From positions 1,798,001-1,862,000 of the forward strand of contig CDRNST010000331.1 in assembly GCA_977016875.1 (NCBI GenBank): a stretch of DNA of 64,000 nt, read 5' to 3'. This DNA is from Pavona decussata. Taxonomy: Eukaryota. This document shows, piece after piece, positions 48,301-61,556 of the stretch; the first letter of the stretch is position 1; each line of letters opens with the position of its first letter. The notes beneath the pieces were generated by a model, which made no database searches, was not told where the DNA came from, and saw only the letters and a program-made list of their open reading frames with translations. The translations under genes were made by a program, and so were the position numbers.

Positions 48301-49439
48301 TCGTGGAGTGAAAGAAGAAAAGATTTCTAAGGACGCGTAGGTTTCGTGTGGGAGATTAACACACCAAAGCGATAATTTCTAAGCTTGTTTTCTCCGACAT
48401 TCCACAGACGAGATATGAAGATAAAGTTACAGAAGCAGGTCTCATTATTTATTTTCATAATTTCCAAATTTGCAGCAAATCCTTCGTATCCCTTCGGATT
48501 TTCTTGAATGCAGAATCTCGCGTTAAGATTTCTCACATGCCAATCGACAAGAAACAAAGTAATGCGTTTTTCAATTTAGCGTTTCATGAATTACCTAACA
48601 TCAACGCAACAGAATAAACGATTGACACAATTATTACTGGGGGCAGAGAATCATCATGAGCATGCACATAGATGTTTACTTATCAGTTTTGTCCAATTTC
48701 CTGTCGACCAAAACCGATCGACCTTTAATAGAAAAGTTAACCTTCAAAAACTTCCCACAGAGGCGAAGGAATTAGCTGGATTGTTAGAGTAAACCGTACG
48801 ACGAAAAGTCTCGACAAAAACGCGTGCTCTAGGTCTTAAAAAGACAAGCGCTTTAATTTATTACTCTCGAATCAGCGCATTCCAAATAAGTCGCCATCAG
48901 CATTTTTTTCACTCACAAGCTTCATCCACACTCTCTTAACACTTTGTACATTTTAGGCGAAGAACTTACCGTCAAATGTCTTGGCTTGTTCGTTAAAAAG
49001 ATCCTTGATTTCATCAACTTTCGACGACACAGCTTCGTCGAAGTCACCACGAGATAAAACAGCGAAACGGTCTTCCATTCGTTGCGAGCAGCATTGCTTG
49101 CCGTTGTCTTTAGGGCAAACACGGAGGTCATTTCCTAAAACACAAAAAAAGTTAGCGATATTACCAAATTGAAAGTCGAACTCGCCTAATGGCACCCCAT
49201 GCCGCGAAAGACAGATTAACAAAACTTCAGAAATCAGCAAGAACACAACGTACACTTGTTGGTATGGTAAAATTTAACGCTTGCTTACCATCAACGGCCG
49301 ACGTAGGGACATCACCTTCCGCCGCTTCTGTTAGCCTTTTCGATCTATAAGCACTCTTCACTGATGAACACGATGGATCTAGGCCAAAACCAGAACAAAC
49401 GCAAACGAGCAAAACAAGAAATATACAGAAAGAAGCCAT
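39389..49439 (-). CDS. Glypican of the GPC1/2/4/6 (Dally-like) subfamily, 567 aa
   Basis: Six exons: 49439-49289, 49134-48970, 43599-42899, 40795-40650, 40432-40301, 39797-39389 (1704 nt). Signal peptide, LRVCP..QCCSQRMED, MFQKIYGLHYQQN..IFMDLF..L..YY.G, LMKRMFQ, PFGDVP, a furin site RQRR, FWGALPENIC, CWNG, SG repeats and a GPI-type tail. Closest to recalled GPC4/6 motifs. Confidence 0.92.
41530..42474. mobile_element. Non-autonomous hAT-like element in a glypican intron
   Basis: TIR CAGTGTTTTCA / TGAAAACGCTG, imperfect flanking duplication GTTACAT / GTTAAAT, and subterminal GGGGGAGAATGCCCCCAGACCCCCCTAG. Confidence 0.6.
45190..45511 (+). mobile_element. LINE (L2/CR1-like) 3' remnant with a (CTA/CTG)n tail
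   Basis: Decayed RT C-terminus FLISAVELWNSLPVNI, then AATAAA directly before a trinucleotide tail that runs into a gap. Confidence 0.55.
45512..45915. other. Assembly gap
   Basis: Run of N. Confidence 1.
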
Positions 49440-52400
49440 TGTTGATCTCAAAATCTTCGAAACCGAAACGCAATCAACTGTGAGGGAGTGTGAGCTCTTT
49501 AACGACGAACCGCTCTAGGCCTCGACTGTACACTGGTCTTAAATTTGCCCTTCAATACGCTGAAATGTTCACGCAGTAAATGTTTGACTAATTCTTAACA
49601 GTAGGAAGGCAGTAAAACATAAATTTGCCTGCTGTGCTTTCTGATCTATTCGCGCTAATTACAGCGCTTGTTCTCGTTGACAAGATCGGACAATTACTCT
49701 GGCATTACGTATGCAAAGGCGGGATCTCACTACCGCCAACCAATCAACATCCAAACATCATGAATTCCACAAATCACCCACTTTATTTATATTTACGTGC
49801 CCTAAGCCGACTCCATTCTGGTCTGAACAATGAAATTACACAACTTGGAGTAAACCATTAGATCGAGTCGCAAAAGACTTTTAGAAGTGATTAGGAGTCG
49901 CGGGTAAATCGAAGAGCTACTCTGTTAATTTTCGCAGACATTATCCAAACTTAGTTAATTTCACTGATAAATACTTTTGTCAACGTATCAACAACGAAAA
50001 AATCTCGACAATGGCTGTACGTCATGTCTTTTGTATGAATGAAAAATTAACTAAACGTCGTCCTTTTCAGGTACTGGGAGCCGAAAAAGCAATATGTGTG
50101 TGGAAGGTGTTAATGGCGTTCGCTATTGTTTGTGAAGTTTTTTTCTAGAATGTTTCAAGAGTTTGTTAGCCATGTCCGCGTTTAAAAGGTTTCTTTATGT
50201 CCCAGATGTAATGTACCATTCGGATTTCATAGCTTTGTATTTTGTTTCCGAAAAACAGCCATAAACCAACAGAGTTTAAGCAAGTAGATTAACAAGTTTC
50301 AAGTCTATTGTTTTCTTCACACAAAAACCGAGGAAGTTATTAAGTATACCTGCGTGGAATTGAAAAAAAAAACTCAGGAAGAAAGTTTTCAATGCAGTGC
50401 ATTTTCTGTCTGATTTGAGAGATCGATGTTGATAAAAATATTGCGGAGGAGCTAAGAGACTTAGTTTAGTGAATTTTAAAGAGCTTGAGAGGTAAATAAA
50501 TTGGTTCGGAAAGGAAAGTAGGAAGCCCTCATAGAGGATAATGATTTGTTTGTCTTCCGCGCTACTTGTGTGAGGTCATCGCCTTATACTTGATCGATAG
50601 TGAAGAAAGATTTAGGCCATCGCACTTAAAAGCTGTTTAATTTCATTATCGGCAAATTAAGATGGCTGAGCCAATTAAATACCGACTCTCTAGTCGTGCT
50701 ATCAAAAAAAATAATTTACAACTGAACAAATAAAAATTCGTAGCTAATAAGTTAAAAGCACAACGCGTGAATCTCAAGTTTGTTTCAGTTAGATAAACAA
50801 TGTTAACTCTAAATATAAAGTGTTTCTTTCCCAAAATAACGGTGACTTGAGATTTCCTCTTTTTACAGTTAGTGAATAAGGTGGTAATATTTGACGGATG
50901 TGCAAAAGGAACAAGAGAACACTACTGAACAAAGCTTCAAATTGTATACTTCTTACTGTATCTTTTCCCCTGGGTTTAAGAGGGTGGCGAAATAACATTA
51001 ATTCGTTTAACAAAGTAGAAGATGGTTTCAATTGAGCGGTTTAAGGGTGGGTCATTGAGAAAATATTCCTTTGCATTCCATTTCTACCGGTGGCTGGTTT
51101 GCATCTTTGAAACTTTGAGAGCTGTTTGAAATGTTATTTGCATAAGAAATAGGCGGGTGACAGTTTGCTAAGTGCACTGAAAACAGTGCGGCTCGCGTGG
51201 TTACCCCACAGTGAAATTATCCAAGGAAGTTATTAGCTGCAAAAGCCGCTTTGCTACTACTGATTTAAAGTTTAACCAAAAAATGTTTAACCTTTTACCT
51301 TCTTAAATGAATTAGAGCAACAAGAAGAAATTTTTCAAATTTCTACTTGGAAAAAACCAACAGCCCCTAAGGAAAATGTTGCTTTGTGAACATTAGGATT
51401 ATTCTTCCACACGGCGCTCAAACATTAGAAACATTACCAACTGCAAAGTAAAACCCAGAACTCCAGTAAAGATCTGCTAAACATCTTCATTTAAATGGTT
51501 ACAAGTTTGATTAACTGAAATTTGCAAACTGAAACTTTGAATGAACTTGTACAGCTTAGCTGATAGCATCAGAGGTGAGAAGCTCTACTGTGCAGTTATA
51601 TATGACAACCATCTCTAGCATTACAAGGATTTCACCTACAGGGGACTCAAGAGATTTTTTAGCACCAGTGGTATCCAGATTCAGGGATCTTCTGAAGAAA
51701 GGGTTGAAAGAAATACAGAAAAATTCGAAAGAAGTTTGTTTTAGTCAGGTTCGGATACAACAAAATTTCACGTGTTTTTCAAATCCCTTGCCATACCTGG
51801 GAAAGTAAATTAACTATTAGTGGTTGCTATGTAGCACTTATTGGAAATTTTGCTAATTTAACTAATTAATTGTACGTTGCATGTGACTTTTTGGCGGTGG
51901 CTAATGAACTTTATCTGATATGTTTGTTTAAAGCAAAGTGGTCTACCAACTGAATCAATACGAGCGAAACAAATCACGGCCTATTAAGGCATTTCCGATA
52001 TTCTAAAATTTGAACTCCATTAAGAGGCTTTTGAACTTGCTCAAACAAAAGAATTCGCGTTGAAGAATAAGTCGAGGGATTAACAAACCGCTTTCTTTTG
52101 TTCCTTTGGAATTTCAAATATCGGAAACGACCTGCCCTAAAACAGCCTAAAACACACCATGTACCACGGAAGGAAAATTCCGGAACAACTTTCAAAATGT
52201 TAACTTTTCGGATACAAGCAGTCATAGATTAATGAAGTGCCAATCAAGTCTGTACATTTTAGAAGATCCTGTTCCTGATCAGTTGTTTTTCATCAGAAGG
52301 ACTACAACCAGCTTTTACAAGTTTTTGTCGTTTTTGTAGCTTGAAGCTAAGAAGGTAAAGTACTCCTTAACCCCCTAACCTCCAACATCAACACCGAGGT

Positions 52401-52489
52401 GGACATTCTTGCGTGCACTGGCTGTTGAATGGCGGTAGCCGGGGACAATGCGTCTGAAATGGGGTCAGTTATGCTTTCCTCACAGGTCT

Positions 52490-52620
52490 AACATAGAGAC
52501 AATGTCTTCGCAGACGAAGATGGACGACCATATCTGCTACAGGCACACTAGTGACTGACAGGTCCAAGGTGCTGAAGGAGTCACTGTTTTTCCACCGCCT
52601 TCGTCTTTTCTCCTTTCTTT
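52490..52620 (-). mobile_element. RTE-like LINE 3' remnant
   Basis: The minus strand gives a decayed zinc-finger-like ..KQ*..HLG.VSH*CACSR followed by a short stem-loop (TCTTCG/CGAAGA). Confidence 0.4.
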
Positions 52621-55600
52621 TGGTCTTTCGGTCTCAGTGAAATAGGTCAAGTATTTTTACTAGTTTGGCTCGAGAAAGGGAATTTGCCGTCAGCTGTGAA
52701 GTGATGGAAATGTTACCTATTTTAGTCTGAAGCGGATGGCCATACCATGTACTATGAGTAGCACCCAGCGCCTGTCAGCTAGTGTAAGATTTCAAGGTTT
52801 GTACTCCAGGACCATTTATATATACATCGGGGTTCAAAGAAATTCCCGAGGGGGGTAGCCCTTAAATGAATGGGGGAAGGGGTGGTCGAAAATTTTGAAA
52901 CAAACCTCTAAATGGTAGCGGAGCTTTGTGTGTGGGCGTGGTTTGAGTTTATTTTCATCCCCGCAGAGGCTCACCTTCCCTCAGTCCCATCTTCCGGTTT
53001 ACACCACTGAAGGAAATGCAATTGTGGCCACTTAAGATTAAACTTGGAACCTAGCTTAAACCGGTACCAAACCTCAAATTTTAACCCCTGGTGCCTTGGC
53101 ACTCGCGCCACTTTCGTATCGTTCCAAACGGGAGTCGCCCAGCTGGACCAGATTCGGCTACATATTCTTTGACCAACACCTCCTGTGTAGCTGGTTACAA
53201 ACAGCGTGGCAGAGAATCTAAAGCCACAAAACAAAACAGGCATCAGCTTTATTTCTTGAGCCAGCCGCTCGACAAGTGCCTCTAAAATATTTGAAAGGAG
53301 AAACGAGAAGATCAAAACCGCGCATAGGCGAGCGAGTGCCGGATTTCCGCGGTAATTAATAATCGATTCAGTTACATGCTAAGGTTTTCTGCGTATACAA
53401 AACTTTATATGCAGACTTCGTTTTTGATCAGTGTTACAATTTCTTGTTTGTTAGCAGGTGAGTTACGGTAAGTGATATTTCTCCCAGCTGCGTCTTAATC
53501 GTTTGATTCTGTGGATCAAATCCTCAAGTGTGACGACTAGATTCGCTGTGACGAAGGTAAAACGCCGGGTAAAACGCCCCAAACTTCAGCTCTCGAATCT
53601 CTATACGGTGGACAAATTATGATAAAACAAAACATTCGTATCAAAATGAAGGTTATCAAGGAGAGCTTTGCTATGCCGGGACTTGTTCATTGTTTTGCAT
53701 TTTTCAAAGTTATTTTTGACTTTGGTTAAGCAAGCACCTTTGGCTGTTTAGGCGCCAGCCTGGGTGTGTTTTGGGTTCAGCATTGTTCTGCTTATCTCTC
53801 TGTCATACACCAATTGTTACCCATAAGCGAACTCGTCTTTCTGAATCCACGTAGCAAAGAGAGCTTCCATGCTCAGACGTCTAAGATCCGTCCGCAGCTG
53901 GGATAGACATCGTATTGAGTCAAACACGTGCTTGCTGATAACTCAAATCACCCACCTGGCGGCCATGTATGCAGGCGGCGAGTGCACAGCTATACTTAGA
54001 TAGATTAGCGACTAAGTTTAGTCTACATTTGATAATAGCACAGCTATGGGCTTCTCTTATCCCTTTCGGTATAATATCTGAGACGCCGCTCTTTTTTAAT
54101 TCCGATCACCCCCGTGGCTCACCCCGCCGCTATTGAATTTCTTCTCGTTTTAATTTAACGTGAGTCTCTGACTTTGAAAACTTAACGTCGAGCCACTCTG
54201 ATCATTTGAATGAACACGCACTAGTGATCGAGTCTGGCTGTTCAAGTCAGGTGTCACTTAACCGTGGGTCGAAAGGGATGCGGTATGCGATTTGATGCAA
54301 GCAAGTGAACCGAGAGTCGGGGTACTGCCTTATGAAGCCGGCTATATATAGATGAATTGTGCATTTCCACAAAGGACATGGATTTGAGCCAGTTTTGGTC
54401 TGTGTTAGAGGTATTGTGTAGAGGGAAAAGATTTTTGTCGGTTTCGATCAGAAATAGGGAACGATTTTTGAGTTAATTAGGTAAAGCAGGAAATATTTGG
54501 AAGAAAATTTGATGGCTGGCTATATTGGAAACGCGTCCCGTTTTTTTTTTTTTTTTCCTAACTGAATTTAACATCCGGGCCAGAAAAAGACAGAAGCCAG
54601 TGAAAAAGGTCTTAGAAGTTTCAAATTTCCTGTGGCGTTCCTGAAAAGCATAGGCGGCAAACCAAAATAATCCAGTTACAGGCAATAAACAACATTATAA
54701 TTGAGATGTATGAGACAGTTTGTTTAAAATTTGGACAAAATGAGCTTGAACCTCTTGACCGAGTTTTAGACGGTTGAATGAATAGAAAACTTGTCAACAT
54801 TTTATACGCGTTTTCTACCCCGTGGCAACAGACACTAGTCTTTCATAGCCGGCTCGATTTCAGTTCAAAGAAATTTCTTGTCTTTCTTATCAGCGGCGCG
54901 GTGAAACGTCAGTAAAATATAATATCATCTGATATTCGTTTGAAGCATGCAATACGTGAGGCAATTCGACTTTTGTCGCATGATTGGACACGTTTGACTG
55001 TTGTATTGGTACCTTTGCGTGGTCCATCAAGTTATAGAGGGAAAACTGAAGTGGAGGCTTGAGAACAACTGACGCAAACAACGGGAAAATAACCTTGTCT
55101 CTTTGAATTGTTTTTATATCCTATACGGTCCTATACTTAGATTCACTCAGCTGTAACTTAATGGCTTGACTTCCCTTCCCTCCTTTATGATACCTTATAC
55201 ATGTACACACGTCACAAGGCGGTTAACGTGGTTTCACAAGTGTATCTGTAGCTGATAGGCTCATTGAGCATTCACTTTACGTTACGAATCCTGTGCCGGA
55301 TACTGTCTCTTCATGCTAAACAGTGTAGCAGGTCTAGTCTGCGAATGAAGTCCTTATATCAAATGCTGTCCTATTCAAATGAGTGAAAACTAGACAGTGC
55401 TTGAACAATTAAGCTGCCTAGCATTAGAGTATGTGAATGGATTCCTTAAGTGCAACCACATGGATATAAAAGCTGCTACATCATTTTTTCGTTTATTTAA
55501 TAACTCAGAGATTAAAAAAATACTTTCAGAAGCAAGCAGTGCTGCCTTTGCTAAAAAATCATTTGCAGGCGTTATGTTTTGACCTGACGTCATTGTTTCA

Positions 55601-56004
55601 TCAGCTCGGTGCCTGAATCGCAGCTCAGTTTTCTTCGATAACTCAGTGAAGAAAATTATTCGTGAACAAAAAAAAATTCCCGACACTTTCTGTTAGCAGT
55701 CAGTCCGAAAGCAGGAGTACAGTTTGTTACAAAAACAAAAGTTTGCGAAATTTCCGCTAGACGCATCTCTGTTATTTTAGCAACCGTCAAGATTTTCGAG
55801 CGTTTCGAGTGTTTCATTACTTGTAGCCTCCGGCGAATTGAAGGACTTAACGCTCGAAACTGCGTCAGCTGTCGAATCTCTTTACGGTTGCCAAATTACC
55901 TTATCGACTCTGTTGATAAAAGCAAACATTCGTTTACACCCCCTTGTCTATTGTTATTTTAGTTTAAAAAGAAAAAAAAAAAAAACAAGGATGTAGATTA
56001 GAAC

Positions 56005-56346
56005 TAGGGGTATCGAATGGTCTTTGCGAGATGCGAGCAGTGTGTTTATTTTTGCGAGCACGAGCAGTTGTCAAATTTTTCTTGCGAGCAGCAGGCACTT
56101 TAGAAAAATACAGATCATAACTGATTTATCGTTTATATACGTATAAAAAAATAACTATAAAGGAGGTTTAACGAAATTTCGAGCAATCGAGCACATGTTA
56201 ACGAGAATGCGAGCATGCGAGCAGTTGCAAAAATTTTGCGAGCATGAGCAAGCGAGCACCCGAGTAATTTTTGCGAGCAATTCGAGCAAAGGCCAAATTT
56301 TGCGAGCACTTTTTTAAAAATTAAATGGGATTATTCGATACCCCTA
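56005..56346. mobile_element. MITE with TAGGGGTATCGAAT termini and internal GCGAGCA repeats
   Basis: Perfect 14-bp TIR, with GAAC duplicated on both flanks. Confidence 0.85.
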
Positions 56347-59300
56347 GAACTCATTCCCTACATACGCCTTCACATTAAATTTTTTTACGTCCAAAAGGAT
56401 TTCTACGTCAAATGTTCAATTGCTTTTCAATTAATCTTTTTGACGAGAAGCTTTTCTTTCTTTTACTCATATCACGTGACACTTACGAGTTATTTTTTTC
56501 CTTATGCTGGGTGTGAGCATGCGCATCTCACAGATTATCTTTGCTTTTATGGTTGTAAAGTTCCCTTGGCGGTTCAGAATTACATGTAGTGTAAAACTCG
56601 AGCAATTTTCTACAGGTGATAAGGAGAAGCAAGGCTATCATATTTATATTTTAAATCGCTTAAGCGAAATCTGACTGTTTATACACTTCGTACAACTTGC
56701 ACCTACGAAACTCTTGAAAATTCTTTGGAGCGTTGACTCACTCATTCGATCGTTGCGAAAAGTAGAACTGGTTTATTCCGGTTCTCGTGTTGCATACCAT
56801 AACTTGTTTGTTTCATGTTTAGCCTGATTGCAACACAAGTTACACGAAATGTCGTGCGCGTGTTTTCCCGCGCTTTGCCACCAGTTGAATGACTTCTGAT
56901 TGGTCGGTCGCATACATTTGAGTTTGTTGTGATTGGCCAGATTGCAGGAAGAGTTTTCGCGCTCCCAGGTGGAGAATTAACCCACCATCTGAGGAACTGA
57001 ACTTTTTTGTATTGTCTGTTATGAAAATTCAATATAAAACTGAGTTGCTGTTCTTCTGTGTCTTTCGTCTTCATGCGCAGGCAATGGTCTTTAAATAGTT
57101 ATCAGCGCTGGACACCTTTCAATAGCCTTAAAAAAAAAAAAAAAAAACAATCAAACAAAAAGAAAAGAAAGAAAAGAAAACAACCTGAAACTAAATACAA
57201 AAAGATGTAAATGAATTATATTATCTAAACTTTTTCTCTGCAGGTTTCGTTTGAATGTTCCGACCCAAAGTTACATCCACCTCAAAGTCTGTCCAAGAAG
57301 AATTGAAGGGCCGCGATTAATTGAACACATGTCATAAACTCTTGAAAAGAATCTTTAAAAACATATCGTACTATCTACATTACACACTTTTGACTGATAC
57401 GCCTTGTCAGTTCAGCCGATTCCATTTAGAAGTAGAGACAACATGGGTATTTTAATTTGTTGACTTAAATCTGTATTAGTATTGTTTGTTGTTTTCCCTA
57501 AACCCATGCCTCCTTTTAACAGCTGATATGTATCATTATAATCATATTCGTGGTTGTCTACTAACCCTAATGGAAATAAAAATCGTCTGTTTATCACATG
57601 CAGCGTCAGTAAGCTTTCCCAAAGTATCCTACACCGCCATTTTGGAGTCATCGATAGAGAAAATTATTTGAAATATTTTCTCCAAGGAACACGTAAACTG
57701 CCTCAGCCGACGCTGTTTTAAGTAGTCTGCGAGACAAACGTGATTGAAATTGTTTCAGGACTGAATTTATTCAAGACTTTCGCACCAGCCTGCAAGCAAA
57801 ATCACCCCCTGAACGATAAACGATTTTTCAACTGATTTAAAACTTTTGCTCAATCTTACTGCCACGACCCAAACTGTGGTATAATTACAAATAAACAAAA
57901 ATTAACTTTTGTGCTACTTTGAAAAGGATTTTTGATTGCACTGACTTAATTTTTGCTTGAGGACCTTGAGTATGGAACAATATTTTCAAACAAAATATCT
58001 CGAAATGTATGTCAGTTTTCTTTTTGGAGAATGATGGGTGAAGTCATTTTGGCCGGGCACTGACTTCGAGGCAAACTTAAATCAGTTCATAAACTTACTC
58101 ATTATTATCAAATGTGTAATCAATTATAAAACACGTAAGATCGCGTGCAGAAAAGGAAAATAAACAGACTGCAGTTTGCGTGACTTTTAAGATTTTAAAT
58201 TGCGTGAGTGAGTGAAAATGATGCTAATCACGGCAATAAATGATTAATGAAGAGATTAAAAGAGAGGGAAACCAAATATTGGCCGTTTTGGCGCTTCATT
58301 GAGACTTCATTACACCATTGATAAATATTGTACGGCGCAGTTTGCACCCAGCATGTAGTCCTTTTGCCTCGATTCAAGTAATAAGTAATTCAAGTAATTT
58401 GGCTCTTTTAACTTGCTGGAAGGAAACTTTTTTTTAAAAAAATCAAATAGCACTCTCGTCTTTTTAATACTTGACAATATGTTGAACACCTTTCCTCGCT
58501 AAATTGAAAGCGCTCCTGAACTCTCCCCAAAAGTTTCGGTTGGAAACAAGTTCCGGAAACTTCAGTTTCGTGTCAAATCGAAAGGTTTTTTTCTATTCGT
58601 TACAAACTTGCAATTTCATTGGTAGATAAAAAAAATTACGTGATGGTGCAACGATGGCACAAGACTGACAACAAAGTGGAAATATAAGTTTTGTGTAAAT
58701 AGAATGGTCATTTCCGTTCTGACCGGCACGGCGGTTACGGAAAAAGTGGAGTACCTAAAACCGACGGTTGTCCGTTTTTTTTCCGGTAAATTTCCGTTTA
58801 ACATGAGTGCCAGTTATATTTTGACCGGTTGGAGAGAAAATTTTGGCTAAATGCGTCGGGCGTATCCGGTGCTAACGCTAGCCAAAGGGCACTGTTACAC
58901 CAAACAGTTTCTTCTAACTACAAGACAACGCTGACGAGACCGCTGCGTTGCAACTAGAATGAAATGTTCCAGTGAACGCGGCTACACGGTGCAAGGGCAT
59001 CTCGCAATGTTACGAAAAGAAGAGGAAAAGTATCATTCAACAACAACTTGCAACGCAGATATTTTGGCGAGACAACTTACGGAGACGTGAAGCAGTATTT
59101 TCGTGCCCATCTTTTGTCACAACATCGTTGCGTTGCAAGTTGCAGGCAGTAAAATTACTTATTGTACAATGGTGTAAGGCGTTTTAAATTACAACCTCTT
59201 CCCAGAGTCCTTAATTTCTCTTGTTGTCAAAGTCACTAAAGTCTACCAGCGTTATTAAAATTGTGTCCAACTCTTACAAAGTGTACGAGGTGGTTGTAAT

Positions 59301-60431
59301 ATTTGATCCAAGTTTGTCTATTCAAATAAAAGCAGTAAAGCGGTAATTTCATGTGGTGCTGTTTGTTTTTCTGAATTTTCACCAAATTTTTCAAATCTGA
59401 GATAATCTCCGTAACCAATATGAAGATTTCTGTGTTTATACAAACACATTACGCGACTTCTTTTGACACAGGTTGTTTATTTATTTTAGGATATTAATTC
59501 ACGATTTTATTTCAAATCCACGCTTCTCTCGACCTCAGAAACAAGAATTATAGCAATACGTGACAGGCGATTGCTTCCAGTATAAACGAGAACTTTCTGC
59601 TACGATGATAACGGAACAAACACGTCTTTTATCTTGATTCGACTTCAATAAATTTAGGTGTGAACTGCTTTCTGATTGGTTAAAAAACGAGAAGGTATTA
59701 TTTTGTATACCTTATGGCAATGAAGTTATTTTGCTGACAATGAACCGAAACCTATTGAAAAGTTAATTTAGGAATATTCTAAATCATCAATAAATTAGTG
59801 GCTATATTACTGTAGTCATTACTGCGTTAAAACTCGAGGCAATTGGAGTTACTTTTCATGCTCTGTGGAAATGCAATATAAGAGACTGGCCTTTTGTAAG
59901 TTAATTTTAGGAACACTATTAAACCTTATTAATCCTTTAAGCTAATGGAAATAAAGTTTCTTTCATGCACTGAAACACAATATAGATCACGTATTTATGT
60001 GGGTTTGCTTAGAAAATAAGCCTCTTGGAAGGTTAATTTTAGCAACACTCTAAAACCCTGTAGCCGGAATACCGCGACTTCCTACTTGTGGTATGATATT
60101 ATGGCAACCAAGTCTCGTTTTTTTTCCAGTGTGTTGCCAGCGTCCATCGTGATCTGTTTCTTAGCTTTATTAAGGTAAACATAGGCCTGTCAATGTTCGC
60201 TTTTCTTAAGGAAAAGCAGATCGTGGATGACTTTTGATCTGTCAACAAAACTAAAATGTTATTATAATTAAAACTCAAAAGGTTCTCTAATGGTTTATGA
60301 CGCCTCAGGATAATGCGCACGGTTCGCGGTCAGGGATCACGCGATGGTTTTGTATTTGGAAGAAGGGTGGGAAATTAAAAGCTTACTTTTGCACGCTAAC
60401 TAGCAATTTTGAATACAGAAGACCGTTGCCT

Positions 60432-60553
60432 GAAGATGGATGATCTCTGCGTCATTAGGAATTAGAAAAAATAAGAAAACTGATGGATGGATGATGGATG
60501 GAAGATGGATGATCTCTGCGTCATTAGGAATTAGAAAAAATAAGAAAACTGAT
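60432..60553. repeat. Local direct duplication of 53 bp
   Basis: GAAGATGGATGATCTCTGCGTCATTAGGAATTAGAAAAAATAAGAAAACTGAT at 60432 and 60501, separated by GGAT repeats. Confidence 0.9.
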
Positions 60554-60987
60554 AAGTGATGAAGTAAAGCTTGAATTCAGTTCAGTATCGCCTGAACAAG
60601 AATTCGATATCGTTACAGTGAAATAAAAATAACATGGCTGACACAGGTGCATTCAGTCAATCAACGAGTGATAATCTTTCATGCTATGTGATTGACTGAT
60701 TGAATAGCAGACTTCCGGTTCTCATATGTTACCGACAGCTCGCCCCAGCATGCTTTGTGGACCATGTCCAACCGCCACTGTGTTGAAGAAGTCTGAATTG
60801 TCAAGCCCCGTGTGAAAAGGAGATGCCTTGGTTTCGCGTGAAATAGACACAGATGGGGTGCGAAATTTTGCACATTACGGGACAAAAGTGTGTGCGAACT
60901 CGATGAAAATTTGCTCATACAACATTCCTACGCGTTTCACTGAGAAGTACATTACTCTGAACGCTAGTTTAATGAATAGTGGATTTT

Positions 60988-61026
60988 GAGCTGACGAGAA
61001 CCAACCAGCTCGAAACAGCTGTTCAC
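60988..61026 (+). ncRNA. Type I hammerhead ribozyme-like motif, partly degenerate
   Basis: GAG-CTGACGA-GA-ACCAACCAGC-TC-GAA-ACAGCTGT-T-CAC: both cores intact and a palindromic stem III, but only a 2-bp stem II and a mismatched stem I. Confidence 0.55.
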
Positions 61027-61353
61027 GGTTGGATTTTTGATTCTCGGTTTGGTCTCTATCATGTCGCTGTCTCTGAGATCAGCCTTGCAGTTATTTGAGC
61101 TTTTAATATACAACCTTCCTCCCCTCCCAGACTTAACAGGGGAGGTTTTAGTTCTCCGAATATTTATATTTGTTTACTATTTAAAGGTTAGTCTTTTCCT
61201 TTTGTTTTACTGAAGTCTGTGGGAAACAACAACTGAACAAATGCAAATGAAAAGAACCAGAACAGAACTCTGACGCTAATCACTGCTGATTCGCTCACTG
61301 CGCTATTCGCGGCCGGTGATTGGCTTAGCTCTGTGGCTTATTTGCCTTTTATT

Positions 61354-61518
61354 TAGCTTGTCCGGTCCCAGTAGATAGTCGGGACGGGCGCGAAAAAAAT
61401 TGTGTGCGCGAAAAAACGAGAGAAGACTGGCTCGAGTCTCCTGGCACAAAAATCATGCGCGCGCATCAAAGTTTTCTTCGCGCCGCTGCCCACTATCTGA
61501 ACGCCTGGCCATGTTACT
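61354..61518. mobile_element. Decayed palindromic MITE
   Basis: AGATAGT.GG..GGCGCGAA / TTCGCGCCGCTGCCCACTATCT inverted arms. Confidence 0.55.
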
Positions 61519-61556
61519 ACGTGTACTAGACTTCACTGTACGATACACAGTGCATC

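Noticed and set aside
52795-52830. Slight resemblance to the U3 snoRNA 5' end
   Set aside because: No box B/C/D elements or 3' stem were found downstream.
61360-61400. CCGGTCCCA as a possible twister ribozyme
   Set aside because: The other twister elements are absent, and it lies in the arm of a decayed palindromic MITE.
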